A stretch of DNA of 49,388 nucleotides from a bacterium (GTDB taxonomy: Bacteria; UBA9089; UBA9088; JAGUXG01), in contig JAZDOR010000010.1 of assembly GCA_043798435.1 (NCBI GenBank), positions 1-49,388 of the forward strand, in the 5' to 3' direction. This document shows, piece after piece, positions 26,349-35,577 of this stretch (positions are counted from its first letter, which is position 1; each line of letters opens with the position of its first letter). Below the pieces are notes generated by a model that saw only the letters and a list, made by a program, of their open reading frames with translations, did no database searches and was not told the origin of the DNA. Position numbers and translations under genes: made by a program.

Positions 26349-28391
26349 TCATTCCTCCTTTTTAATTGGTAATCTGATATTAAAAGTGGTCCCTTTTCCA
26401 GGAACACTTTCAACCCTGATAGTTCCTCCGTGCTCGTGAATAATACGCTGAGCAATTGAAAGTCCCATTCCCATTCCCTTTTGTTTGGTAGTATAAAATG
26501 GATTAAATATATCTTTTATCTTTTCAGGAGAAATTCCATCTCCTGTATCAGAAAAGGTAACAGAAATAACCCCCTTTTCATCAGGAATAATATCAGTGGT
26601 TACTGTCAATACCCCTCCTTTTGACATTGCCTCCTGTGCATTCAACACAATATTCAAGAAAACCTCTTTCATCGGGTCAGGGTCAACTATAACCTTTGGC
26701 AATAAAGTAGTAAACCTTGTCTCTATCTTTATATCCTTGAAAAGGGCTGAATCTTTTAATAGATTCAATGTCTGCTCCAATATAAGATTTATGTTCTCTT
26801 CTCTTCTGGCAACCTCTGATGGTCTGGCAAAATCAAGGAAGTTCTTGATAATTTTAATGCTTCTATCTATCTCCATCTCAATATTCTTGATTCGCTCCTC
26901 TACCTCTGGAGACTTATCAGGAAGTAAACGATTTAACGAATACATAGAAAGAGAGAGATTATTAAGAGGATTTTTAAGTTGATGAGCTACGGTAAAAAGC
27001 AGAGTGCCTGTTACAGTCAATTTTTCTGCTTGAATCAATTCTGCTTGAGCCTTTTTTAATTCCTCATTGAGCTTCTCAATTTTCTCAGCACGGTCTCTAA
27101 TTTCTTGAATCTCCATGGCTACAGCGATTGAGCGAGCGGCATGTCCTGCATATTTTAGAATCAGGTCAGAATCGTATCCTGAAAGATGCCTTTTACTTTC
27201 CTCATTATCTATCTCAATTATCCCAATTGGTTCACTCTCAGCGATTAAAAGAACTAGTAGCCACTCTTTTAACTCAGGATAAAGTGGATGTTGTTCAACC
27301 TCATTAGAATTACACAGAAGGATATTTTCCCCTGTTATATGCTCACAATACCAACGATGTTTATCAGGAGCTAATCCACACAAAAGTTCTACCTCTTTAG
27401 AGTAATCAAGGTCTGCTTCTATACCAGTAATCTTAACAAGCCCCTCTAATCTATTCATATCCTCAGAGAGGCTATATACCCTGAGCCTATCGTAATTACC
27501 AAGCCTCTGAATCCCCTCCAATACTATTCTCAATTGCTCCTTTAATTCCTTCCGTATCTCTACCTCCCCTGTTGTCTGAATGAACCTTTCTCTTTCAGTA
27601 ACATCTGTGAATATCTTTACTCCACCAATTATTCTTCCTTCTTTATTCCTGATTGGGGAGCCAGTGATATCAAAATATTGCAGTTCTTTGCCTTCTCCTA
27701 CAGGCGAAAGCTCAGTGTTACCTCTGGGTGAAGGCTCCCCAATTTCAAACCAACTCCTAAGGGGACAGAAGGGACAGGGTTCTTTCTGGGTTTCATTATG
27801 ATGAAACTCTACCCAACATATTCCACCCACCTTGAGTTCGTAAGGAAACATTCTTCTCAAACTATTGCTTATAAATAGCACCCGATATGTTCGGTCAATA
27901 ATGCTGATACCACTTTTGCACTCGGTTATAATCTGATGCAGCCAGTAGTTTTCTGGAGTGGGTTTCCTTAATTGAAAATCTAATTCCTCCATCTCTGCGA
28001 GGGAATCAAGGATTTCTATTATCTCCCTTGGATCATCGGTCTTATGGATAAACCGGACAGCCCCTGCCTCTAATGCCTTATCATATAACTCCTTATTCCC
28101 AAATTGGGTGAGTTGTATCACCTTAACCTCAGGATATTTTACCTTTATCTCTCTTGTCAGCTCAATCCCATCCATTGAACCCTTTCCTAAGTGCCAGTCC
28201 ACAATAATCAATCTGTAGAGAACAGGGTTTTCTTCAAGGGATTTCAATGCCCCTTGAGAATTCTCTGTTAAATGGACATTGTATCCTCCAGCCTTTAACA
28301 CAACCTTCAACGACTTTCTATATGCCTCTTCGTCATCAACTATAAGCACACAACCTTTACCTTCTTCCATTTTTTTTAATACATCCTTCAC
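26349..28391 (-). CDS. Hybrid sensor histidine kinase (REC-PAS-GAF-HisKA-HATPase)
   Basis: N-terminal REC (IVDDEE...IIVDWHL), a Cys-rich PAS-like segment (CWVEFHH..EPCPFCP), H-box FTVAHQLKNPLN, and G-boxes FSDTGDGI and KGMGMGLSIA. Confidence 0.85.
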   Translation of the reverse strand: MKDVLKKMEEGKGCVLIVDDEEAYRKSLKVVLKAGGYNVHLTENSQGALKSLEENPVLYRLIIVDWHLGKGSMDGIELTREIKVKYPEVKVIQLTQFGNKELYDKALEAGAVRFIHKTDDPREIIEILDSLAEMEELDFQLRKPTPENYWLHQIITECKSGISIIDRTYRVLFISNSLRRMFPYELKVGGICWVEFHHNETQKEPCPFCPLRSWFEIGEPSPRGNTELSPVGEGKELQYFDITGSPIRNKEGRIIGGVKIFTDVTERERFIQTTGEVEIRKELKEQLRIVLEGIQRLGNYDRLRVYSLSEDMNRLEGLVKITGIEADLDYSKEVELLCGLAPDKHRWYCEHITGENILLCNSNEVEQHPLYPELKEWLLVLLIAESEPIGIIEIDNEESKRHLSGYDSDLILKYAGHAARSIAVAMEIQEIRDRAEKIEKLNEELKKAQAELIQAEKLTVTGTLLFTVAHQLKNPLNNLSLSMYSLNRLLPDKSPEVEERIKNIEMEIDRSIKIIKNFLDFARPSEVARREENINLILEQTLNLLKDSALFKDIKIETRFTTLLPKVIVDPDPMKEVFLNIVLNAQEAMSKGGVLTVTTDIIPDEKGVISVTFSDTGDGISPEKIKDIFNPFYTTKQKGMGMGLSIAQRIIHEHGGTIRVESVPGKGTTFNIRLPIKKEE

Positions 28392-30679
28392 CTTTTATCT
28401 GGCAATTCAATCAAAAATGTAGTTCCTCCAAAGATGACACTCTCTTCCACATCTATCCTTCCTCCCAGGGATCTTATCATATCCTGACAGAGATACAGCC
28501 CCATACCTGTTCCATCCGGCTTGGTAGAGAAGAGTAACTCAAATATCCTTTCAAAGTATTCTTTGTGAATACCAGGGCCATTATCTTTTACCCGAATCTT
28601 GATGGGCAATTCCTGTTTTTCTTCATACAAAAGTTCAACCTCTACCCTACCTGTCCACCTATCAAGATTCTCCATTTCTATCTGTTGAATCCCATTAAGG
28701 AGAATATTAAGGAGTATCTGTTCTAAGAGAAGTCCATTGGATACCTTCAGTCTATTCAATCCTATGGGTTCATCAAACTTAAGATAAATTCTATCTTGTT
28801 TTGCTAATGGCTCTACTGCCCTTATGATATCCTTGATGCAATCTATTATTCTCACTTCTTTAATCCCTACCCTATCATGGGTTTTTACCAATTTCAAAAA
28901 CTGCTCTGATAGATCCCTCAGTTCTTTTGCCTCAGTTCCAATCTCTTTCACAAGACCGCGGATAGCCATTGCTCCCTTATCAATATTCATCTCTAATGCA
29001 GTTATATAGTTTGAGAGGCTACCAACCCTACTTCTTATCTCATGCTCCAGCCCGATATTCAGTCTGCCTACATTGATAAACTTCTGGCTTATCTCAAGGG
29101 ATCTTTTCATCTCAACGTTCATTATGGCTAATCCAAGGAGTTGGGCAGAGGTTTCTGCGCGAAGAAGTTCATTTCCTGAAAAATGTCTCTTTTCAGGATG
29201 GAAGAGAAATAGGGCATGGTTACATCTCTTAGCCGTTTTAATCGGCATCCCAATACAGGAATTAAAATCTATAAGGGAGAGAAGATGCTTGAATCTTGCT
29301 TTCTTCTCATCTAACCCATAAATTTCAAAGATTTCCTCTTCCTCTTCAATCACATCCCTTACAGGGCTATATTGAAGCTGATATTTGATTCTCTCATACC
29401 TCTCTTCATCTATTCCGATAGAATTTATAATCTCTATCTCACGGGTTACAGGATCCATTCTAAATATCGCAGACGCGGATGCACCTGTAGAATCCATTAT
29501 TTTTTCCACCACCCTTTCATACTCTCCGACAGGACTATCGGCTATTGCTTTTGAGACCGTCTGGCTAAAACTCACCTCATCCATCACCGGGATATGAATC
29601 CTATCTTGAGATGGTAAAGGTATTTTCTGACCCCCTGCTATCCTCTCCAATATCGCAGATATCTCCTCTGCTCCTATCGGTTTCTGAAGAATGGTATAGG
29701 GGATGGCCAAATCCTCCCGAGTTATATCGCCTGACAACTCACTGCGACCTGTTATCAACACAATCGGCAGGTTTGGCTTTATCTTCCGAATCTCTTTCAT
29801 TGTCTCAAATCCATTCAGATCAGGCATATATATATCAACAAAGGCGGTGCTGTAATCCCCCTTTCTGACCTTCTCTATTCCTTCTTTACCATTTGAGGCA
29901 ACATCTACCTTATAACCCATTGCCTTGAGCATTTCCTGGAAGGATTTTCTATAACCCTCTTCATCTTCCACCACAAGTATTCTTTCAATCCCTTTAATCT
30001 TTTTTATCCTGTCCTCTTCTGTTTCTATCTCTGGAGTCTCTATAGTTACAGATTCTATAGGTGATTTCCTATCTTCTGAAGGAGGCGATGTATCTTCCTT
30101 GAGCAAAGGATACCTCTTTCCTCCTCCTTCTGCTACCTTCTTGAGATACCCTTTGATACTCAAATCCAGATTTTTTCTCTCCTCGTCAATTTTGGTGACA
30201 ATACAGGTAACATTATCATTAACAAAGAGAGCCTCTTCTGGTTTTTTTACTGGATGCGGGCTGATTTCAGAGAGGGGTATAAACCCTTCCATACCATCTG
30301 ACAGATATACAAACACCCCGGATGGCAGCAATGCTCTAACACTTCCCTGCACCTCTTGACCAATTTTATACTTTTCGCTGAGCTTTTTCCATGCCTCATC
30401 ATGGAGTCGTTTGACACTGGCAACAATCCTTAGCTCTTTGCGAACAACATCAGTAATTACAACCTCAATATGCTCGCCTATCTTTATGCTATCGTAGAAT
30501 GGTTTTATATCCTGAGGATTCCAGGCTAATTCATACAGGGGAATCTTGGCGAAGACACCACTCTCAATCTCAACCACTATTCCATTAATTACCTTTCTTA
30601 AAACCTTAGCCGTTACCTTTTTTCCAATATTCTCTTCCCAAAGCCACTCTTTCCATCCCATATCTTCAATTACCTCCAA
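28388..30679 (-). CDS. Histidine kinase with two N-terminal S1 RNA-binding-type domains (S1-S1-REC-GAF-HK)
   Basis: S1-like units are IGKKVTAKVLRKVINGIVVEIESGVFAKIPLYEL and IGQEVQGSVRALLPSGVFVYLSDGMEGFIPLSEIS. REC is ILVVEDEE...FVDIYMPDLNG. H-box is LEHEIRSRVGSL. The ATPase region has VKDNGPGI and GTGMGLYL. Confidence 0.8.
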   Translation of the reverse strand: MEVIEDMGWKEWLWEENIGKKVTAKVLRKVINGIVVEIESGVFAKIPLYELAWNPQDIKPFYDSIKIGEHIEVVITDVVRKELRIVASVKRLHDEAWKKLSEKYKIGQEVQGSVRALLPSGVFVYLSDGMEGFIPLSEISPHPVKKPEEALFVNDNVTCIVTKIDEERKNLDLSIKGYLKKVAEGGGKRYPLLKEDTSPPSEDRKSPIESVTIETPEIETEEDRIKKIKGIERILVVEDEEGYRKSFQEMLKAMGYKVDVASNGKEGIEKVRKGDYSTAFVDIYMPDLNGFETMKEIRKIKPNLPIVLITGRSELSGDITREDLAIPYTILQKPIGAEEISAILERIAGGQKIPLPSQDRIHIPVMDEVSFSQTVSKAIADSPVGEYERVVEKIMDSTGASASAIFRMDPVTREIEIINSIGIDEERYERIKYQLQYSPVRDVIEEEEEIFEIYGLDEKKARFKHLLSLIDFNSCIGMPIKTAKRCNHALFLFHPEKRHFSGNELLRAETSAQLLGLAIMNVEMKRSLEISQKFINVGRLNIGLEHEIRSRVGSLSNYITALEMNIDKGAMAIRGLVKEIGTEAKELRDLSEQFLKLVKTHDRVGIKEVRIIDCIKDIIRAVEPLAKQDRIYLKFDEPIGLNRLKVSNGLLLEQILLNILLNGIQQIEMENLDRWTGRVEVELLYEEKQELPIKIRVKDNGPGIHKEYFERIFELLFSTKPDGTGMGLYLCQDMIRSLGGRIDVEESVIFGGTTFLIELPDKR

Positions 30680-30724
30680 ATAGTATACTGTCCCTTTGGC
30701 AAATTTTACTATAGTTGAGTAAGT

Positions 30725-31621
30725 TCATAGTATAGGAATTTCCTTTTTTAATCTGTGAAATCCTCGGTAATCTGTGGATTTAAGCTCTTTCTTGGTTTTG
30801 TTTGATGGCAAAAAATTTTGTCCGGTTACAACACTTTTTCCTGTTTTTTGCTCAAGTGCTTTTCTTGCATCTTTGGCGATTTTACCGCCTTTCTTGGCTG
30901 GAATTTTATTCTCTTCCAATCCTTCCGCTTTCTCGGTTTCAGCAATTCTTCTTGTGGAAAGTTCCGCAAGAGCAGTAAAAATCAATTCTTCCTCGCTCAT
31001 ATGATCCCGCAAGTTTTGCGTTTTCAAATTCTTCAAATTTTTATGATCTTTTATAGACAACTCGCTCCATTCTTGATGGATAATATTTGTCAAAATTGCA
31101 AACTCTTCGCCTTTCTTCACGCTATGATCACTCCAATAGTCAGTAAGTTTATTCCTTGTTTCCTGCCCCATCATTCTTTGCTGTATCCACTTTTCGCTTC
31201 GTCCCTGCTTTTGCCAATATTCACGACTGCGATTCAATGCTTTTTCAGGATCAGTCATCTCCTGCATTCTTTCATAGCCTACTTTAGCAAGCCAGAGCTT
31301 AATCGGTTCAGCTTTTTTGCTGGGAACAGATTGAATAAGACGAAGAATTGTTTCTACATCCGCAACATCGGTTTCTCTCATTTTTCCGTCTTGAGCCAAC
31401 ATTTTCAACTGGTCACATTTTGTGACCAGTTCACTCCCCTCATTTTTTAAGCGATTTTTCAGGGTAGTCCAATAACTCTTGGCTTTCTTGTAATCCCTTT
31501 GCTCGGTAAGTGCCGCGATAATATCAATTACGGAAAAATACCAAGTTTCGGTTTTTTCGTCGTAATGACGGCGGATTTTAAAATTTTCGAAGATAGCCAA
31601 TGAGTTTTGATTCTTTTCCAT
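30725..31621 (-). CDS. Bro-N / DinD-like DNA-damage-inducible-type protein
   Basis: FENFKIRRHYDEKTETWYFSVIDIIAALT and KLWLAKVGYERMQE are present. Start set at ATG 31621; the longer track ORF reads into repeat arm 31637-31680. Confidence 0.65.
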   Translation of the reverse strand: MEKNQNSLAIFENFKIRRHYDEKTETWYFSVIDIIAALTEQRDYKKAKSYWTTLKNRLKNEGSELVTKCDQLKMLAQDGKMRETDVADVETILRLIQSVPSKKAEPIKLWLAKVGYERMQEMTDPEKALNRSREYWQKQGRSEKWIQQRMMGQETRNKLTDYWSDHSVKKGEEFAILTNIIHQEWSELSIKDHKNLKNLKTQNLRDHMSEEELIFTALAELSTRRIAETEKAEGLEENKIPAKKGGKIAKDARKALEQKTGKSVVTGQNFLPSNKTKKELKSTDYRGFHRLKKEIPIL

Positions 31622-31636
31622 ATTTATAAAAAACAG

Positions 31637-31783
31637 AGTAACCACAAAGGACGCAAAGTAAATCGCAAAGGACACAAAGAGAAAGAATTATGACAGAAAA
31701 CGAAATAGCTAATAAAGCAATTGGTACTCGTAAATTAATTCTTAGCGAACTTTGCGTAATTCTTTGCGTTCTTTGCGGTAAAG
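31637..31783. repeat. CAAAG-word inverted repeat enclosing a 5-prime remnant of a GxxExxY-type gene
   Basis: Arms are taaccacaaaggacgcaaagtaaatcgcaaaggacacaaagag and cttagcgaactttgcgtaattctttgcgttctttgcggtaaag. Between them, ATG 31690 (+) opens MTENEIANKAIG..., which then runs into the repeat. A shortened copy of the right arm lies at 7098-7135. Confidence 0.6.
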
Positions 31784-31827
31784 AATTTAGTAATAACGAT
31801 TAAGTCTTAAAATCACATACAGGTGTT

Positions 31828-31871
31828 CTCATTCTGACTCCTGTATTCTGAATTCTGTATTCTTGCTACCT
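31828..31871. repeat. 44-nt copy (43/44 identical) of the 5-prime flank of the four-helix-bundle cassette
   Basis: ctcattctgactcctgtattctgaattctgtAttcttgctacct, compared with 40766-40809 which has C at the capitalised position. Confidence 0.95.
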
Positions 31872-31877
31872 GAGCAA

Positions 31878-32792
31878 TTATGGTCTTGGAAGCAAACCAG
31901 CCTTTTCTACAATAACTGGCACAGCCTCTTCCCATTCTATAGCCATAATATGGACACCAGCGACACCCTCAATTTTCTTTAATCTTTCTATAGCCTCTAC
32001 ACATATTTTTATCCCTTCTTCTTTGGGATTGGAAGCCTCCTTTACCCTATTCATCAGTTCTTCTGGCACATTTACGCCAGCAACATTATTATTCATATAC
32101 TTAGCCATACCAAAGGACTTCAGCGGTATCAGACCAACCAAAAGATGAGCCTTTGTATCCAGCCCCATCTGCCTTACCTCTTTCATCCACTCCTCAAGTC
32201 TATCTATATCATAGATAGCCTGGGTCTGAATAAAGTCTGCACCTGCCTGTATCTTCTTCCTGAGCCTGAAAATCCTGATCTCGGTTGGGTCGGAGAATGG
32301 AGACTCAGCCGCACCAATGAACATTCTCGGTTCTACATCCTTAATCTCTTCTCCGCATATAAATTTTTTATCATTACCCATTCCTTTGACTGCTGCCACA
32401 AGCTGAATTGAATCAAGGTCAAAAACATTCTTTGCCTGCGGATGATTGCCAAACTTCTGGTGGTCTCCTGTCAGGCAGAGGATATTCCTTATTCCCAAAG
32501 CATACGCACCCAAAATATCAGACTGCATAGCAATCCTATTTCTATCGCGGGTGACCATTTGCATAATCGGCTCTAAGCCCAAGGAGACCAGAATAGAAGA
32601 TGCAGCTATAGAGCTCATCCTAACAATGGCTGTCTGATTGTCAGTAACATTGACCGCATCAACAAACCCTTTAAGAATCCCTGCCTTCTTTTCAATCACA
32701 GCTCTATCCGCATTCTTTGGGGGGCCAAGCTCAGAGGTAACCACAAAATTTCCAGACGATAAGAGTTTCTCTAAATTACTTCCTGATTTCAT
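31878..32792 (-). CDS. metF: Methylenetetrahydrofolate reductase, acetogen-type catalytic subunit
   Basis: FVVTSELGPPK, VNVTDNQ, MVTRDRNRIA and LCLTGDH motifs. Adjacent to metV. Confidence 0.88.
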   Translation of the reverse strand: MKSGSNLEKLLSSGNFVVTSELGPPKNADRAVIEKKAGILKGFVDAVNVTDNQTAIVRMSSIAASSILVSLGLEPIMQMVTRDRNRIAMQSDILGAYALGIRNILCLTGDHQKFGNHPQAKNVFDLDSIQLVAAVKGMGNDKKFICGEEIKDVEPRMFIGAAESPFSDPTEIRIFRLRKKIQAGADFIQTQAIYDIDRLEEWMKEVRQMGLDTKAHLLVGLIPLKSFGMAKYMNNNVAGVNVPEELMNRVKEASNPKEEGIKICVEAIERLKKIEGVAGVHIMAIEWEEAVPVIVEKAGLLPRP

Positions 32793-32806
32793 CTTTTTTT
32801 CCTCCT

Positions 32807-32966
32807 GTAAGTGTTTAATCTATCTATCAAAGAGTGTAAGAAGGGGGATAAGGAGATAATGGGGATATGGAGATTATTCATTTTTTAAGGGGATGGAGAT
32901 ACTTATATTATCCCCACATCCCCCTAATCCCTATATCTCCTTATCTCCTCACCTTTTCTTACACTA
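32807..32966. repeat. Nested inverted-repeat element filling the metV-metF spacer
   Basis: gtaagtgtttaatc ... gagtgtaagaagggggataaggagataatggggatatggagat ... atccccacatccccctaatccctatatctccttatctcctcaccttttcttacac. The right arm overlaps the metV stop. Confidence 0.85.
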
Positions 32967-33657
32967 CCGCAGCGATTACTTCCTTTTTGGTTATGGCCAC
33001 ATCTTCCCTAATTATCCTCCTTGGACCGCCATCCCTCCCGAAAGACCAGTCCTTTGGTGGTTTTATCTCAGCAAGGTTTTCCAGCTTTCCCAAAATCTTG
33101 AGCCTATCATAGATAAGCTGCCAGCCACAAGGGGTCTCTGGACCTACCTCACATTTACCATTATTTGAACCTCCGCAGGGTCCATTCAAAAGGCTCTTTG
33201 AGCAACGGGCTATGGGGCAGATGCCACCAAACTTATGCAATCCACAATCTCCACAAGCCCCGCAGGTCTCTACCCATACCCCCTGTTCCTCTGGCAATCC
33301 AATAAACTTTGTATTCAAGGCTGGATAGATTGGGATTTTCTCAAAGAATTGAGCCATAGCCTGAACACCTACCCCACAGCCCATTGAAAGTATAGCCTCT
33401 ACACCTTCTATCTTACCCTTCAATTCCTCAACAAACTCCCATTCACATTGACGCTGGATACAGGCTTCTGTAATCTCCGGCTCTTTTCCATCAAGCCTCA
33501 AAGCCATCCGTAGGCAAGAGCCTAATATTCCAACCTCCTTTTCACCCCCGGCCATACAAACAGTCACGCAAGTGCCGCAACCCACAACTAATATCTTCTG
33601 ACAATCCGCCACCATAGCCTTTATCTGGACAAGGGGCTTCTGCTGTGCAACTATCAT
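32959..33657 (-). CDS. metV: Methylene-THF reductase small (zinc-ribbon / Fe-S) subunit MetV-like
   Basis: Cys-rich: GCGTCVTVC, CGACGDCGLHKFGGICPIARCSKSLLNGPCGG, CEVGPETPCGW. Confidence 0.8.
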   Translation of the reverse strand: MIVAQQKPLVQIKAMVADCQKILVVGCGTCVTVCMAGGEKEVGILGSCLRMALRLDGKEPEITEACIQRQCEWEFVEELKGKIEGVEAILSMGCGVGVQAMAQFFEKIPIYPALNTKFIGLPEEQGVWVETCGACGDCGLHKFGGICPIARCSKSLLNGPCGGSNNGKCEVGPETPCGWQLIYDRLKILGKLENLAEIKPPKDWSFGRDGGPRRIIREDVAITKKEVIAAVV

Positions 33658-34253
33658 ATCTTTTCCTCCTTTCTGATAAATTTTAACAAACTTTCTACAT
33701 CACCGATAAAATGCTTAAATGAACTGTCGTTCTTTCCTGCTTCATAAAGATCCATTTCCTGAACAATCTCTTCTGCAAAATCAGGTGCTCCCAGAGGGGC
33801 AACTTTACCACTTTCTTTAATTGCATCATCAAAAAGATTTTTGTAATACCCCTTTTTACACTTAGCCCTTTTAACAGGATGTGTTTTTTTAGTCCCTAAT
33901 ACCTTATTCAGGGCAGAAGCATCCAGCATATACCATTTTTCAATATGTGGATTGGGAATAGCCAAAGCATATAAAGTTAAAGAATTTTCTCCAACAATCT
34001 TGGCTATCTTTTTTCTCATCTCCCTATATGGGTTACAGTTAGAATCAATAGCAACTATCAAAAATCCATCTAATAGACTACCTTTCATATCCCTAAGGAA
34101 GCTTTTAAGTTCAGTGAGAACAGAACCTTTTCCTCCGGAAGCGTTTCTGACAATATGGTCAATCTTTACATTTCGGCAAATCTTTTCTGTCAATGCCTTA
34201 ATAAAAGACTCCTGTGCAATATCTTCTAAAAAGTAGAATACTTTGGATTTCAT
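33654..34253 (-). CDS. DUF4276/Toprim-like partner of the ATPase (assignment tentative)
   Basis: 199 aa. N-terminal FYFLEDIAQESF has an acidic residue like the vEG.tE motif, and a later IVAIDSN acidic patch is present. ATGA overlaps occur at both ends (34250-34253 with the ATPase, 33654-33657 with metV). Confidence 0.45.
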   Translation of the reverse strand: MKSKVFYFLEDIAQESFIKALTEKICRNVKIDHIVRNASGGKGSVLTELKSFLRDMKGSLLDGFLIVAIDSNCNPYREMRKKIAKIVGENSLTLYALAIPNPHIEKWYMLDASALNKVLGTKKTHPVKRAKCKKGYYKNLFDDAIKESGKVAPLGAPDFAEEIVQEMDLYEAGKNDSSFKHFIGDVESLLKFIRKEEKI

Positions 34254-35575
34254 CCGCCGTAGTCTCCCCTTATAATCCTTTCTCCAATGCTCGGTTTTTC
34301 TAAAGCCTTTTCAATGTTACTCTGTTTAATGCTTGGTTCTTCTAAAGTCTTTTCAATGTTACTCTGCTTAAAAATTTGTGATTTATCAAACTGCCTGAAT
34401 GAGGTCGCATAGTCACTCTTTTCACAAACAATGATTTGTGAAGGTTCAAAGAAATCCGGAAAAAGGGTAGAATGGGAATTGATAAGAAATTGTGAGTCGC
34501 TCCGTCTGGCTGCATTCTGAAACAAGTCAGCAATAAGCTTCAGTCGTCTGGGATGAACACCATTTTCAGGTTCTTCATATCCTACAACAGAAGTAGGTTC
34601 TATAGGATTGGTAATTCCAAGTAAGGCTAATATCCTAAGTGTGCCCTCTGAAACTACCCTTGCCGAAAACCATCCCTCACCTTCACGAACCATAAGTAAA
34701 AGTCGCCCTGATTTAGGATTTCGTTCAATTCTTATCTCATCCACAGCAGGAATGATAGTCTTTAAAGATTTATTAAAAGAGTTGAATCGCTCTTCGTAAT
34801 GAGTGATTAAGGTATTATAGAAAGCAGAAAGGGAATCTCCAAAAGAACCAAGGTTTCGCACCTCTTTCAACTCGTTCTCTTCCCGCATTATGTCTGGTTC
34901 AAGGTAGTAAAATCTCCATCTGGAAAGCTCTCTTTGAAAGGCATTGATGTGGGGATAGTGGGGTAGATATAATGGTCTTGAGACAATAGTATAGTCCAGA
35001 CCAATGTCATTCTTGCGGGGAGCTGATTTACCTTCCATGCGGAGACGAATTGAGTCTTTGACAACCTCAATAAAAGGTTCTGGTCTCTGTCTTTCTGTGC
35101 CATCTTCACGAAGAGCAACCAACTTTTCTTCTCTAACTTGAAGATGTCCAGAGTCTGGTCGAATACCTATGGTGAGGTAATACCGCAAGAATTTATGAGT
35201 AATACGCCTTTTATCACTTTCTTTTGAGTCTTTTTTGGGCAGTCCTTCACGCATTTTTTGTATCTCTTTCTCAATACTCTCAACAACATCTTTTGAGAGT
35301 TCCACATCTATCTCCACAGAGAATGTAGCTATATCTTTTTTCATAACATCTTCAATGCCTGAGTCACAATAAAAGGCTTCAATGGGATCGCCCCTGTGTT
35401 CTTCAAAAGCCTCCTTCAGTGTTCTGGAGGTAACAATACGACTAACTAGTTTTAGCAAGTCAAATAGATTGCTTTTACCTGCGGCATTTGGACCAATAAT
35501 GATAGTCAATGGCTGTAAGCTAACTTCAATATCCTTCAGTGACTTGTATCCTTTTACCTTAACCCTGGTAATCAT
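34250..35575 (-). CDS. ABC/AAA15-AAA21-type ATPase (OLD/PARIS AriA/Septu PtuA-like fold)
   Basis: Walker A GPNAAGKSN, signature-like SEGTLRILALL, Walker B VVGYEEPENGVHP, and H-loop LINSHS. The start VKVKGYKSLKDIEVSL is typical of this clade. Confidence 0.85.
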   Translation of the reverse strand: MITRVKVKGYKSLKDIEVSLQPLTIIIGPNAAGKSNLFDLLKLVSRIVTSRTLKEAFEEHRGDPIEAFYCDSGIEDVMKKDIATFSVEIDVELSKDVVESIEKEIQKMREGLPKKDSKESDKRRITHKFLRYYLTIGIRPDSGHLQVREEKLVALREDGTERQRPEPFIEVVKDSIRLRMEGKSAPRKNDIGLDYTIVSRPLYLPHYPHINAFQRELSRWRFYYLEPDIMREENELKEVRNLGSFGDSLSAFYNTLITHYEERFNSFNKSLKTIIPAVDEIRIERNPKSGRLLLMVREGEGWFSARVVSEGTLRILALLGITNPIEPTSVVGYEEPENGVHPRRLKLIADLFQNAARRSDSQFLINSHSTLFPDFFEPSQIIVCEKSDYATSFRQFDKSQIFKQSNIEKTLEEPSIKQSNIEKALEKPSIGERIIRGDYGG

Positions 35576-35577
35576 TT

